Shown here piece after piece: positions 8,017 to 16,067 of a DNA stretch of 32,000 nt (position 1 is its first letter; each line of letters begins with the position of its first letter). Source of the DNA: Thermofilum adornatum (GTDB taxonomy: Archaea > Thermoproteota > Thermoprotei > Thermofilales > Thermofilaceae); NCBI RefSeq assembly GCF_000446015.1, contig NC_022093.1, positions 1,170,001-1,202,000 on the forward strand, given 5' to 3'. Position numbers and translations under genes: made by a program. The notes under the pieces were generated by a model. That model was not told where the DNA came from and did not search any database. It saw only the letters and a program-made list of their open reading frames with translations.

Positions 8017-9522
8017 ATGAGTGAAATACCATTATTATGGGCAACACTGTTGGCTCCACTTTTAGCATCCATTTTGTCTCTATTCATCAAGGAAAAGAAG
8101 AGCCTTGCCATTCTAAATTCAGCGGCACTAGGTTTTTCCGCAATTGTTCTTCTTTATCTCTATACCAGCAAAGGCACAACCTGGATGGATCCAGTCAGTT
8201 TCAGCATAGGCGGTCTCGGAACATTTGCACTCGTAATTGACCCCACGGTCTTCCTGGTAGCATTCAGCATAGCGGTTACAACTTCTGTGATAGCTCTATA
8301 CAGCCTGCCATACATGGATCACAGGTTTGAAGAACTGCACCACGAGGGGGTATCTGCGCCCGGCTGGGGCTCCTACTACTTCCTCTACACATTGTTCGCC
8401 CTAGCAATGATGGGCACCGTGATGTCAACAAACATAGTCGAGTTCTATATATTCCTAGAGCTCACACTTATACCAAGCTTCCTACTGATAGCCTTCTATG
8501 GCTACGGAGAGAGACTAAAAATAGCCATAATGTATCTTTTATGGACACATGTAGGTGCCCTACTATTCCTCATCGGTGCACTAAGCGTTGGACAAAAGAT
8601 AGGCTTCGACTTCATTACACAGGGAGGCTTTAGAATAGGTGCCGCAAACAACCTTGTGGGACTAGAATACGCCTTCTGGCTAATGATTCTAGGTCTCTCA
8701 GTTAAGCTTGCGGCCGTCGGCGTCCACATGTGGCTACCATACGCCCACGCCGAAGCACCTACACCGATATCTGCACTTCTAAGCCCCAACCTGATTGGTC
8801 TAGGAGGAGCAATGATGTTTAGGATCGTATACACCCTATTCCCGCAAATGTTTGCATCAGCCTCCCCAATACTTACAGCGTGGGCAGTCATAACAATGAC
8901 TTACGGTGGACTAATGGCGCTCAGCCAGACAGACTTTAAGAGGTTGCTCGCCTACAGCAGTATCTCGCAAATGGGATACCTCCTACTTGGACTAGCCTCT
9001 GTAAACGCCTACGGCATAGCTGGAACATTCCTCCACTACATGGTCCACGCTTACGGAAAAGCAATCCTCTTCGCCGTAGCAGGCATCCTTATAGCAACAT
9101 ACCACGGTCTAAGAGACATAACGAAGATGGGTGGACTAGCCGCAAAAATGCCCTATACAGCTTCACTTGCATTACTAGGCTTCATGCACATCACCGGAAT
9201 ACCGCCGACCCTAGGCATCTGGAGCGAATACCTAATAGTTAGAGGAGCAGTAGCACAGGCACTACAAAACGGCTCAACATGGTATATCCTTCTAGCAGTA
9301 GGGCTCCTCATAGCAATAGGCCTATCAACTGCATATGCATTTGTAACAATGAGAAGAATCTTCTATGGCCCACTCAAAGTCCAGGAAGCTAGAGAAGCCA
9401 GCGCGTCGCTCTGGGGACCATTACTAGTCTTCGCACTCCTCGGCATACTCTTCTTCCTATTTGCCTCTCTTCTCATAGATCCCCTCTTAAGCTTCCTGAA
9501 AACGTTCCCGCTAGGTGCATAA
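8017..9522 (+). CDS. nuoM: Complex I-like antiporter subunit M (ND4)
   Basis: 501 aa. Motifs YIFLELTLIPSFLLI, VHMWLPYAHAEAPTPISALLS and KRLLAYSSISQMGY. Confidence 0.85.
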   Translation: MSEIPLLWATLLAPLLASILSLFIKEKKSLAILNSAALGFSAIVLLYLYTSKGTTWMDPVSFSIGGLGTFALVIDPTVFLVAFSIAVTTSVIALYSLPYMDHRFEELHHEGVSAPGWGSYYFLYTLFALAMMGTVMSTNIVEFYIFLELTLIPSFLLIAFYGYGERLKIAIMYLLWTHVGALLFLIGALSVGQKIGFDFITQGGFRIGAANNLVGLEYAFWLMILGLSVKLAAVGVHMWLPYAHAEAPTPISALLSPNLIGLGGAMMFRIVYTLFPQMFASASPILTAWAVITMTYGGLMALSQTDFKRLLAYSSISQMGYLLLGLASVNAYGIAGTFLHYMVHAYGKAILFAVAGILIATYHGLRDITKMGGLAAKMPYTASLALLGFMHITGIPPTLGIWSEYLIVRGAVAQALQNGSTWYILLAVGLLIAIGLSTAYAFVTMRRIFYGPLKVQEAREASASLWGPLLVFALLGILFFLFASLLIDPLLSFLKTFPLGA

Positions 9523-9524
9523 AC

Positions 9525-11600
9525 ATGGAGAGCCTGCTACTGCTTGCTTGGCTTTCACCATTCATTGGAACCCTCCTCATACTATTATTTAAGAGCGCCT
9601 CCTGGAAGATAAAATCACTCCTAGGCATACTATCCATCCTTGTCTCTGCACTCGTATCTAGCTATGCCGCTTATCTATTCCTAACTGAGGGAGAATCCAT
9701 ACACATAAGTTATCCCTGGGTGAAAAGCCTAAACGTTTCTCTGGGAGCATTCTTTGACGGCCTCTCTACAGTTATGGCCCTAGTGGTTTCATGGCTAAGC
9801 TTCCTGATAGCTGTCTACAGCTACGAATACATGAAGGGAGAAGTAGGCGAAACACGGTACTGGCTCTTCTTCACATTCTTTGTTGGAAGCATGATGCTAC
9901 TCGTACTCTCAGACAACATGATAAGCATGTTTATAGGCTGGGAGGGAACAGGGCTTGCAAGCTACGCCCTCATCGGGCACTGGTTTACAGACGAAGAAGA
10001 AAGATGGGTCGGCGAACCCGGCAGAAGAGCACTAGGCGTCCCAATGTGGTCTGAACCAAGCCACTCAAGCCTCAGAGCAATAGTTTTTACAAGGCTAGGA
10101 GACGTTGGAATGGTCATAGGAATAGCGACCCTACACACATTGGCCGGGACCACTCTATTGTCCGGACTCCTTGACGCCCAATGGGCAACACAGCTACTAA
10201 GCAAAGGCGTGTTACCCGTGTTTCTCTGGCTACTTTTCCTCGGAGCCCTAGCGAAAAGCGCACAGTTCCCGTTCCACGAATGGCTCGTCACAGCAATGAC
10301 TGGCCCAACGTCGGTAAGCGCGCTGATACACGCTGCAACAATGGTAAAGGCGGGTGTATACTTTGCGCTCAGGTTTTCACCCTTCCTTGTAGCCGCATAC
10401 ATCGTACTCCAGGGCGGCATCGGCTCCACAATAATTGAAGAGTTCCTCGTTGGCCTTGCAGTGATAGGCGCATTCACAGCCTTCATGATGGCTACAATGG
10501 CAATCGTCAGCAGAGAGCTCAAACTCGTACTAGCCTTCTCTACAGCCAGCCAGCTTGGCTACATGTTCCTCGGCGTTGCCGTGGGAACACTGGTCGGGGG
10601 CGCTGTTGGGGGTCTCTATGCAGGTATGTCACACCTAATGAGTCATGCCGTGTTCAAGGCGGCCCTATTCCTGGGCGCCGGAGCAGTGATTCACGCTGTC
10701 CACTCTAGGTTTATTGACGACATGGGCGGATTAGCCAAAGAGATGCCCATTACAGCCACAGCATTTGTGCTAGCTTCCCTGAGCCTTGCTGGTGTACCAC
10801 CCTTCCTAGGATTCTGGACGAAGGACGAGATAATACACCTGTCTTCAGAGACAGGCCTCATAGTGCCCACATTCTTAGCAGTAATAACTGCCTGGATAAC
10901 AGCGTCTTATACAGCCCGAATGATTTCAAGAGTATTCTTTGGCCATTCCCACCACAAAGCACACGAAGTCAGCCCAGTAATGTTTACCCCGTACCTCGTC
11001 TTGGGTCTAGCAAGCATAGGAATCGGAGCAATATGGCCCTCGATTTCTGGCAGCTTTGAAAAAATGCTTGAACACACCTTGGGAGGTGAAAACTCTGTCC
11101 ATATGCTTGAAGGTCACATACCTGGAACATTTGAAGCCACAATTATCCTTGTCCTCCTCCTATTTCTCTCAGTATTCTACATCTACAGCATAGCAAAGAA
11201 ACAGCCCTACTATTACATCTCTAAGAGCCCCATTCTAATGAAGCTTCACAGTTTCCTCTTTGACAGGTGGTATATCAATGCACTGTACTATAGGACTATA
11301 GTTGATGGATTCAAGGAAACGTCCAAGGCCCTCTACAAATACTTAGATACACTTATAGTCGACAACTTCTACCACAAAGCCATACCTAAATTATTCCAGC
11401 AACTAGTCAATGTGACTTCAATATACATAGAACACACATGGGACCGTATCCTGCATCACTACCTCGTAGAGGGCTTTAAAGGCTTATGGAGGATATTCAA
11501 GCAACTGCAAACTGACAAGGTGTCAAGCTACTTACTCTATCTCTGGCTAGGATTGTCCCTAATCCTGGTATCCATGTACATTTTAGGGTGGTTCCCATGA
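9525..11600 (+). CDS. nuoL: Complex I-like antiporter subunit L (ND5) with long C-terminal lateral-helix extension
   Basis: 691 aa. Motifs FIGWEGTGLASYALIGHW and SAQFPFHEWLVTAMTGPTSVSALIHAATMVKAGVY. C-terminal extension of roughly 130 aa containing FLFDRWYINALYY, plus a terminal TM segment. Confidence 0.9.
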   Translation: MESLLLLAWLSPFIGTLLILLFKSASWKIKSLLGILSILVSALVSSYAAYLFLTEGESIHISYPWVKSLNVSLGAFFDGLSTVMALVVSWLSFLIAVYSYEYMKGEVGETRYWLFFTFFVGSMMLLVLSDNMISMFIGWEGTGLASYALIGHWFTDEEERWVGEPGRRALGVPMWSEPSHSSLRAIVFTRLGDVGMVIGIATLHTLAGTTLLSGLLDAQWATQLLSKGVLPVFLWLLFLGALAKSAQFPFHEWLVTAMTGPTSVSALIHAATMVKAGVYFALRFSPFLVAAYIVLQGGIGSTIIEEFLVGLAVIGAFTAFMMATMAIVSRELKLVLAFSTASQLGYMFLGVAVGTLVGGAVGGLYAGMSHLMSHAVFKAALFLGAGAVIHAVHSRFIDDMGGLAKEMPITATAFVLASLSLAGVPPFLGFWTKDEIIHLSSETGLIVPTFLAVITAWITASYTARMISRVFFGHSHHKAHEVSPVMFTPYLVLGLASIGIGAIWPSISGSFEKMLEHTLGGENSVHMLEGHIPGTFEATIILVLLLFLSVFYIYSIAKKQPYYYISKSPILMKLHSFLFDRWYINALYYRTIVDGFKETSKALYKYLDTLIVDNFYHKAIPKLFQQLVNVTSIYIEHTWDRILHHYLVEGFKGLWRIFKQLQTDKVSSYLLYLWLGLSLILVSMYILGWFP

Positions 11601-12970
11601 TGTTGGAAGCCATATACCTCGATATAGCTCTACTAGTACTAACCGCAATAATAGCCCCGTATTTAAGGAAACAGCCGAAGATACTCTATGTCTTAGCATC
11701 ACTCGCCCTAGCTTTCACCTTACTCGTAAGCCTAGAGGAATCATTATCAGGCACAATAGCCACAGGAGAAATGGTCACCGACTGGTTTACCTCCCTCATA
11801 CTAACCATTGTCCTCGCAGACATCCTCGTCGTAATAGCCTCATCATTCCAAGCCCTCAACCTGTCCCCCGAGGGCCCATCCTTTATAGCGACACTACTAT
11901 TAGGCATAACTGGCCTCATAGGCCTCTCCCATGCAGGAACAATACTCATGCTCCTCGTCTCATGGATACTTGTCTCTGTGACAAGCTACGCTATGATTGC
12001 ACTCATGAAAGACAAGTACTCAGCATCTGGAGCAACAAAATACGGGTTAATGAGCCTAGCCTCCTCAATGCTCCTCCTATTATCACTAACCTTCGTAACA
12101 ACACAGGACCCAAAACTATCAATCACTCCGTTAAGTTCTCCACCCATAATAGTGGCGGTAGCTACCCTAGCTTTTTCCGCAGCTGCTTTTGGCTTTAAAG
12201 CTGGAATATTCCCCTTCCATGGCTGGCTACCAGACACCTATGGCATATCAGATCCATACCCAGTAGCAGTGGTGGCTGCAATCTCAAAAGCCGCAGTTAT
12301 ACTTGCATTCTACAAACTCGCAATTCTGATAGCCCCTATCGTTTCGTCCCATTGGCTAACGCTCCTCGGAATACTCTCCGTCCTCACAATGACTTATGGA
12401 AACATAACTGCCCTCCTACAGAAAGGCTTCCAGGGCATCCTTGCCTATAGTAGCATAGCACATGCAGGATACATCCTAATAGGTATCGCGGCGCTCTCCT
12501 TACCGGATCCGCATCTACGGTACCTCGCCATGCTAGGACTACTCATGCAACTAGTAACCTACTCCTTTGCCAAGACCGGCCTCTTTCTGCTAGCAAAACT
12601 AATTAGACAAAAAGAAAGTCCCCCGCTCAAACTTGAACACCTAAACGGCCTATCAAGGGTAGATGGTTCTCTAGCCGCTTCTTCATTAATACTCGTCCTA
12701 AGCCTAATGGGTATGCCCCCACTCGTAGGTTTCTGGGGCAAATTGTTCCTATTCTTCTCTGTCGTGGGGCCAGCTACATGGCTAACCGCTATAGCCCTCA
12801 TCAACACTGGAATCGCCGCCGCTTACTACGCTAGGATAATAAAAGCCATGTACTTCGAGCCAGGAAGTCCAAACCTCTCAAAAGATAGAGGACTCAAAGT
12901 AGCAGTAATTATTTCAGCCATAATCTCACTATTAGCAGGCTTTATACCGATCTTCCTCCCGATACAATAG
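11597..12970 (+). CDS. nuoN: Complex I-like antiporter subunit N (ND2)
   Basis: Motifs FPFHGWLPDTYGISDPYPVAVVAAISKAAV and GILAYSSIAHAGY. ATG 11597 (ATGA overlap with the nuoL stop; SD AGGGTGG at 11585-11591) is preferred over GTG 11588. Confidence 0.85.
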   Translation: MMLEAIYLDIALLVLTAIIAPYLRKQPKILYVLASLALAFTLLVSLEESLSGTIATGEMVTDWFTSLILTIVLADILVVIASSFQALNLSPEGPSFIATLLLGITGLIGLSHAGTILMLLVSWILVSVTSYAMIALMKDKYSASGATKYGLMSLASSMLLLLSLTFVTTQDPKLSITPLSSPPIIVAVATLAFSAAAFGFKAGIFPFHGWLPDTYGISDPYPVAVVAAISKAAVILAFYKLAILIAPIVSSHWLTLLGILSVLTMTYGNITALLQKGFQGILAYSSIAHAGYILIGIAALSLPDPHLRYLAMLGLLMQLVTYSFAKTGLFLLAKLIRQKESPPLKLEHLNGLSRVDGSLAASSLILVLSLMGMPPLVGFWGKLFLFFSVVGPATWLTAIALINTGIAAAYYARIIKAMYFEPGSPNLSKDRGLKVAVIISAIISLLAGFIPIFLPIQ

Positions 12971-13003
12971 AATTTATACAAAAAATTCCTAGATATTTCT
13001 GAA

Positions 13004-13018
13004 TTTTTTTCTCTTTTT
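13004..13018 (+). terminator. Oligo-T tract, likely archaeal terminator of the nuo operon
   Basis: T7 (13004-13010) and T5 (13014-13018) lie 34 nt after the nuoN stop. Archaeal RNA polymerase terminates at oligo-T runs. Confidence 0.4.
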
Positions 13019-13058
13019 GAAAAGAAAAACATTTTATTCTACAGCCTTGGAACCCTAT

Positions 13059-14348
13059 ATGCACAGAGAAGAAACAATCGAGGAATTCGAAAAACAATTC
13101 AACGAGTTGAGAAACAAGGGCGTAAAATTCTACGAAGTAGCTGTGCAAGACCTATATGGACACATACGTGGCCGCATACTAAAGCCAGAAAAACCTGAAG
13201 ACGTCCTAAAGGGATACCGCGTAGATGCATACAGCATAGGCTTCTTACCTATAGAAGATTCAGACGCGATGCTTGTTCCCGACCCTACAACACTCAAAGT
13301 CTACAGGACAAGAATGGGTCTTACAGCTTTCCTCATGGGAGATCTCTACAAAGACGGCAAACCATTAGACATTTCTCCGAGGACTCTACTCAGAGAGTTT
13401 TCCCGTTCGAAAAACTACAAGGTCTTGATGGGAGCCGAGCTTGAATTCTACCTGACAAAAAACCATAGACCAATAGACGACGGCTCATACATGTATCTCT
13501 CCCCCTACTCAAACAATTCAGACTTTTTGGCCGAGGTAATCATCCGAGCAGAAGAAGCCGGCGTAGCAATCTCTGCTACACACCACGAAGTGGGACCCAG
13601 CCAATACGAGATTCTCCCAAAAGCACGAACACCTCTCGAGTTGGCAGATGAAGTGGTATTTCTAAAGAAGCTCCTATGGGAAACAGCTTACGAGAAAGGC
13701 TTGGAGGCAACCTTTATGCCTAAACCCTTTAAAGGCTTGCCGGGGAACGGTCTACACATTCACGTCTCCGTTCATAACGGAGAAAGAAATATTGCAATAG
13801 AAGAAGGCGAAATTACTGAAACAGGAAAGAGGGTTGTAGGGGGTCTGCTCTCTTATTCTTCCACATTCGCTCTACTCACCAACCCCACTGTTAACTCCTA
13901 TAAGAGGCTGGCCCCTGGATTCGAGGCTCCAGTCTATATTTCTTGGGGGAGAGGAAACAGGACTACAATGATCCGGCTACCCGTGGGCCTAAAGGGGCTC
14001 TCGGGCACAATCGAGTACCGTCTACCAGACCCCGCTGGAAACATTTATCTCAAGATACTCTCTGTCCTATACTCAACAGTGAAAGGACTAGAAGAAAATC
14101 TAACCCCGCCACCAGAAAGCAATGAAAATGTTTTCGAAAAAAATGGTCTACCAAGAGTCCCTCAAAGCCTGGGAGAAGCAATAAACATTGCACAAAAAAG
14201 CCCAAGTCTTCCTAGAGACCTAAAAAAACTAACAGAGAAAATGGTAGAACTGAAAACAAAGGAATGGGACACATACTCCAGAATAGCTGGAAACCAAAAC
14301 CCTCAGGAGATTACAGACTGGGAAATAAAAGAATATTTTTTCCTGTAA
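13059..14348 (+). CDS. glnA: Glutamine synthetase, type I-like
   Basis: Motifs GAELEFYL, HHEVGPSQYEI, ATFMPKPFKGLPGNGLHIHVS, NSYKRLAPGFEAPVYISWGRGNRTTMIRLP and IEYRLPDPAGNIYL. I prefer ATG 13059 (ATTTTATT box at 13031-13038, about 25 nt upstream). The track's TTG 13017 sits inside the oligo-T terminator. Confidence 0.85.
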   Translation: MHREETIEEFEKQFNELRNKGVKFYEVAVQDLYGHIRGRILKPEKPEDVLKGYRVDAYSIGFLPIEDSDAMLVPDPTTLKVYRTRMGLTAFLMGDLYKDGKPLDISPRTLLREFSRSKNYKVLMGAELEFYLTKNHRPIDDGSYMYLSPYSNNSDFLAEVIIRAEEAGVAISATHHEVGPSQYEILPKARTPLELADEVVFLKKLLWETAYEKGLEATFMPKPFKGLPGNGLHIHVSVHNGERNIAIEEGEITETGKRVVGGLLSYSSTFALLTNPTVNSYKRLAPGFEAPVYISWGRGNRTTMIRLPVGLKGLSGTIEYRLPDPAGNIYLKILSVLYSTVKGLEENLTPPPESNENVFEKNGLPRVPQSLGEAINIAQKSPSLPRDLKKLTEKMVELKTKEWDTYSRIAGNQNPQEITDWEIKEYFFL

Positions 14349-14380
14349 AGAATTTTCACATTTTAAAGAGTCACCGAAGG

Positions 14381-14896
14381 CTAGATGAGCCATCCCTTTT
14401 CACGAATAACGTCCAAAAGAAGCTTGAACATGCCGGGCATAGCTTCTGGATCTGTGCCAGTAATGATGTTCCCGTCGCGGACAAACTTTTCGTCAAGCAC
14501 TATTGCTCCAGCGTTACGGAGGTCATCATGTATCGAGAAAAATCCCGTTAGCTTCCTACCCTTAGCGAGGCCAGCAGAAACAAGAACCCAGGGACCGTGA
14601 CAAACCGCCGCCACCACTCCTTTCTCGGCCACTCTCTTAACAAGTTCAAGAATTTCCCTGCTTCTTCTCAGCCTATCAGGAGCATAGCCGCCAGGTATCC
14701 ATAAGACAACATAATCCTCAGCTAATGCACTTCTTGCATCCTTGTTCGCCCTTATGGTTAGCCCGCTCTTTCCTTTGTATTCTCTTGCCTCAGGTCCTAC
14801 GAGGTCTACCTCAAAGCCAAGCTCCATGAGCCTATAAAGTGGGTAAATGAGCTCCCTCTCGTCAAACAAGTCTTCAACCAAAACTGTTGCCTTCAT
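14381..14896 (-). CDS. pfpI: PfpI/DJ-1 family intracellular protease (class I glutamine amidotransferase-like fold)
   Basis: 171 aa. Nucleophile elbow AAVCHGPWVLVSAGL. End-to-end resemblance to Pyrococcus protease I-type proteins (WIPGGYAPDRLR, VRDGNIITG). Confidence 0.85.
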   Translation of the reverse strand: MKATVLVEDLFDERELIYPLYRLMELGFEVDLVGPEAREYKGKSGLTIRANKDARSALAEDYVVLWIPGGYAPDRLRRSREILELVKRVAEKGVVAAVCHGPWVLVSAGLAKGRKLTGFFSIHDDLRNAGAIVLDEKFVRDGNIITGTDPEAMPGMFKLLLDVIREKGWLI

Positions 14897-14982
14897 TATG
14901 TGTACTTGCTTCGCGTAGATATTTATTCCTTATTCACAATTTTCCAAAGAAACCAAAAGTTGAGACATAGGCACACGGTAAA

Positions 14983-15735
14983 TCATAAGAACTTAATTTT
15001 ACTGAAATACTTCTCGAGATACTGTTTATTTGCCTCGTCGCCCCCGGGTACATTTGCACTCATCCACACTTCAGGTTTAACCCCCATAGATAACAACTTC
15101 TGAACGGTTCTAGCGACAAGAAGCTGTAGTATAAACGAATTGATTATGGTGGAGACCGGCGCCACCTTCTGCTCTAAGCCCTCGAGTTTAAGGTAAGCAT
15201 CACCCTCAGGAACCTTATTATCGATAACAACATCTGCAAGCTCGAAAAGCTTCTTCCCCAAAGGATTGCTTGGGGGCACCCTCTTGCTATACTCAACAGA
15301 AGTAATAGCGACAACCTTCAACCCCCTGCTTTTAGCCTCTGCCGCCATCTCAACAGGAACAGCGTTCTTGCCAGAGTTACTCACAATTACAAGCACAGAA
15401 TTGGGGACAGGCTTAATTGACTCGAGCAAGACCCTGGCATAACCAGAAAGCCTCTCAAGCATAGTACTCTTAAAGGCACCATTAAGACCCGAAATACTCA
15501 AATCAAAAACTGGGTACACACGCACCAAGCCGCCTGCCCGATAAAAAGTCTCAAGAGCCATCATCATCGAGTGCCCCGTACCAAAAACATAGATGAAACC
15601 ATCATTCTTAAGAACTTGGACAAAGAGTTCTATAGCTCTCTCCATGTTCAATTTTTCTTCACGCACTATCCTCTCCTGGAGACTGGCTATTCCAGTCAAA
15701 AACTCTGAATAAATATCGGAAACCATTTTTATCAT
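14983..15735 (-). CDS. SIS (sugar isomerase) domain protein, UPF0309-like
   Basis: 250 aa. Motifs [65 protein letters not shown] and APVSTII match my recollection of the UPF0309 SIS family pattern. Confidence 0.75.
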   Translation of the reverse strand: MIKMVSDIYSEFLTGIASLQERIVREEKLNMERAIELFVQVLKNDGFIYVFGTGHSMMMALETFYRAGGLVRVYPVFDLSISGLNGAFKSTMLERLSGYARVLLESIKPVPNSVLVIVSNSGKNAVPVEMAAEAKSRGLKVVAITSVEYSKRVPPSNPLGKKLFELADVVIDNKVPEGDAYLKLEGLEQKVAPVSTIINSFILQLLVARTVQKLLSMGVKPEVWMSANVPGGDEANKQYLEKYFSKIKFL

Positions 15736-15783
15736 TCTTCATGTTTCACAACATAAATATATTTTTAGATGTTCAAACACACC
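15736..15783. promoter_or_regulatory. Symmetric bidirectional promoter shared by the SIS gene (-) and ptsH (+)
   Basis: The 10-bp perfect palindrome AAATATATTT (15755-15764) is centred at 15759.5. That is exactly midway between the divergent start codons at 15735 and 15784, 24.5 bp from each. It is flanked by ATGTTtcacAACAT (15741-15754) and ATGTTcAAACA (15769-15779). Confidence 0.55.
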
Positions 15784-16056
15784 ATGAAAACCATCGTCCT
15801 CAAAGTTAAAAACAAGAGCGGACTACATGCGAGACCTGCAGCCGTCTTTGTCCAAACAGCAAAAAAATTCACGTCAAAAATAATTGTAAAAAAGGGCGAA
15901 AAAACCGCGGACTCAAAAAACATTCTTCAAATATTATCCCTAGGCATAGACATGGGAGACGAAATAGAACTCCAGGCTGAAGGTCCCGACGAAGAACAAG
16001 CAATAAACGAGTTGAGCAAACTTCTGCTTGAATACCTCCCATCTATAGATCAATAA
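15784..16056 (+). CDS. ptsH: PTS phosphocarrier protein HPr
   Basis: From ATG 15784 the protein is 90 aa with GLHARPA placing the phospho-His at residue 15 (codon 15826-15828). LSLG sits at 51-54. The track's ATG 15769 would add 5 aa and lies immediately next to the TATA element. Confidence 0.9.
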   Translation: MKTIVLKVKNKSGLHARPAAVFVQTAKKFTSKIIVKKGEKTADSKNILQILSLGIDMGDEIELQAEGPDEEQAINELSKLLLEYLPSIDQ

Positions 16057-16067
16057 TTTCATAAAAT

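Noticed and set aside
9962-10522. 186-aa ORF antisense to nuoL
   Set aside because: Same reasoning. nuoL carries unmistakable conserved motifs across this stretch, and the antisense product has no recognisable features or expression signals.
12596-12603. Additional AAACTAAT copy as part of the putative operator set
   Set aside because: It lies inside nuoN coding sequence far from any promoter. I take it as a chance occurrence, which also lowers confidence in the motif's significance.
13017-13058. TTG-initiated 14-codon N-terminal extension of glutamine synthetase
   Set aside because: The TTG lies inside the oligo-T terminator of the nuo operon and upstream of the ATTTTATT box. ATG 13059 fits a leaderless start.
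15769-15783. ATG 15769 as the HPr start
   Set aside because: It sits within 5 bp of the palindromic TATA element and would shift the phospho-His to residue 20. ATG 15784 gives the canonical His15 and perfect promoter symmetry.
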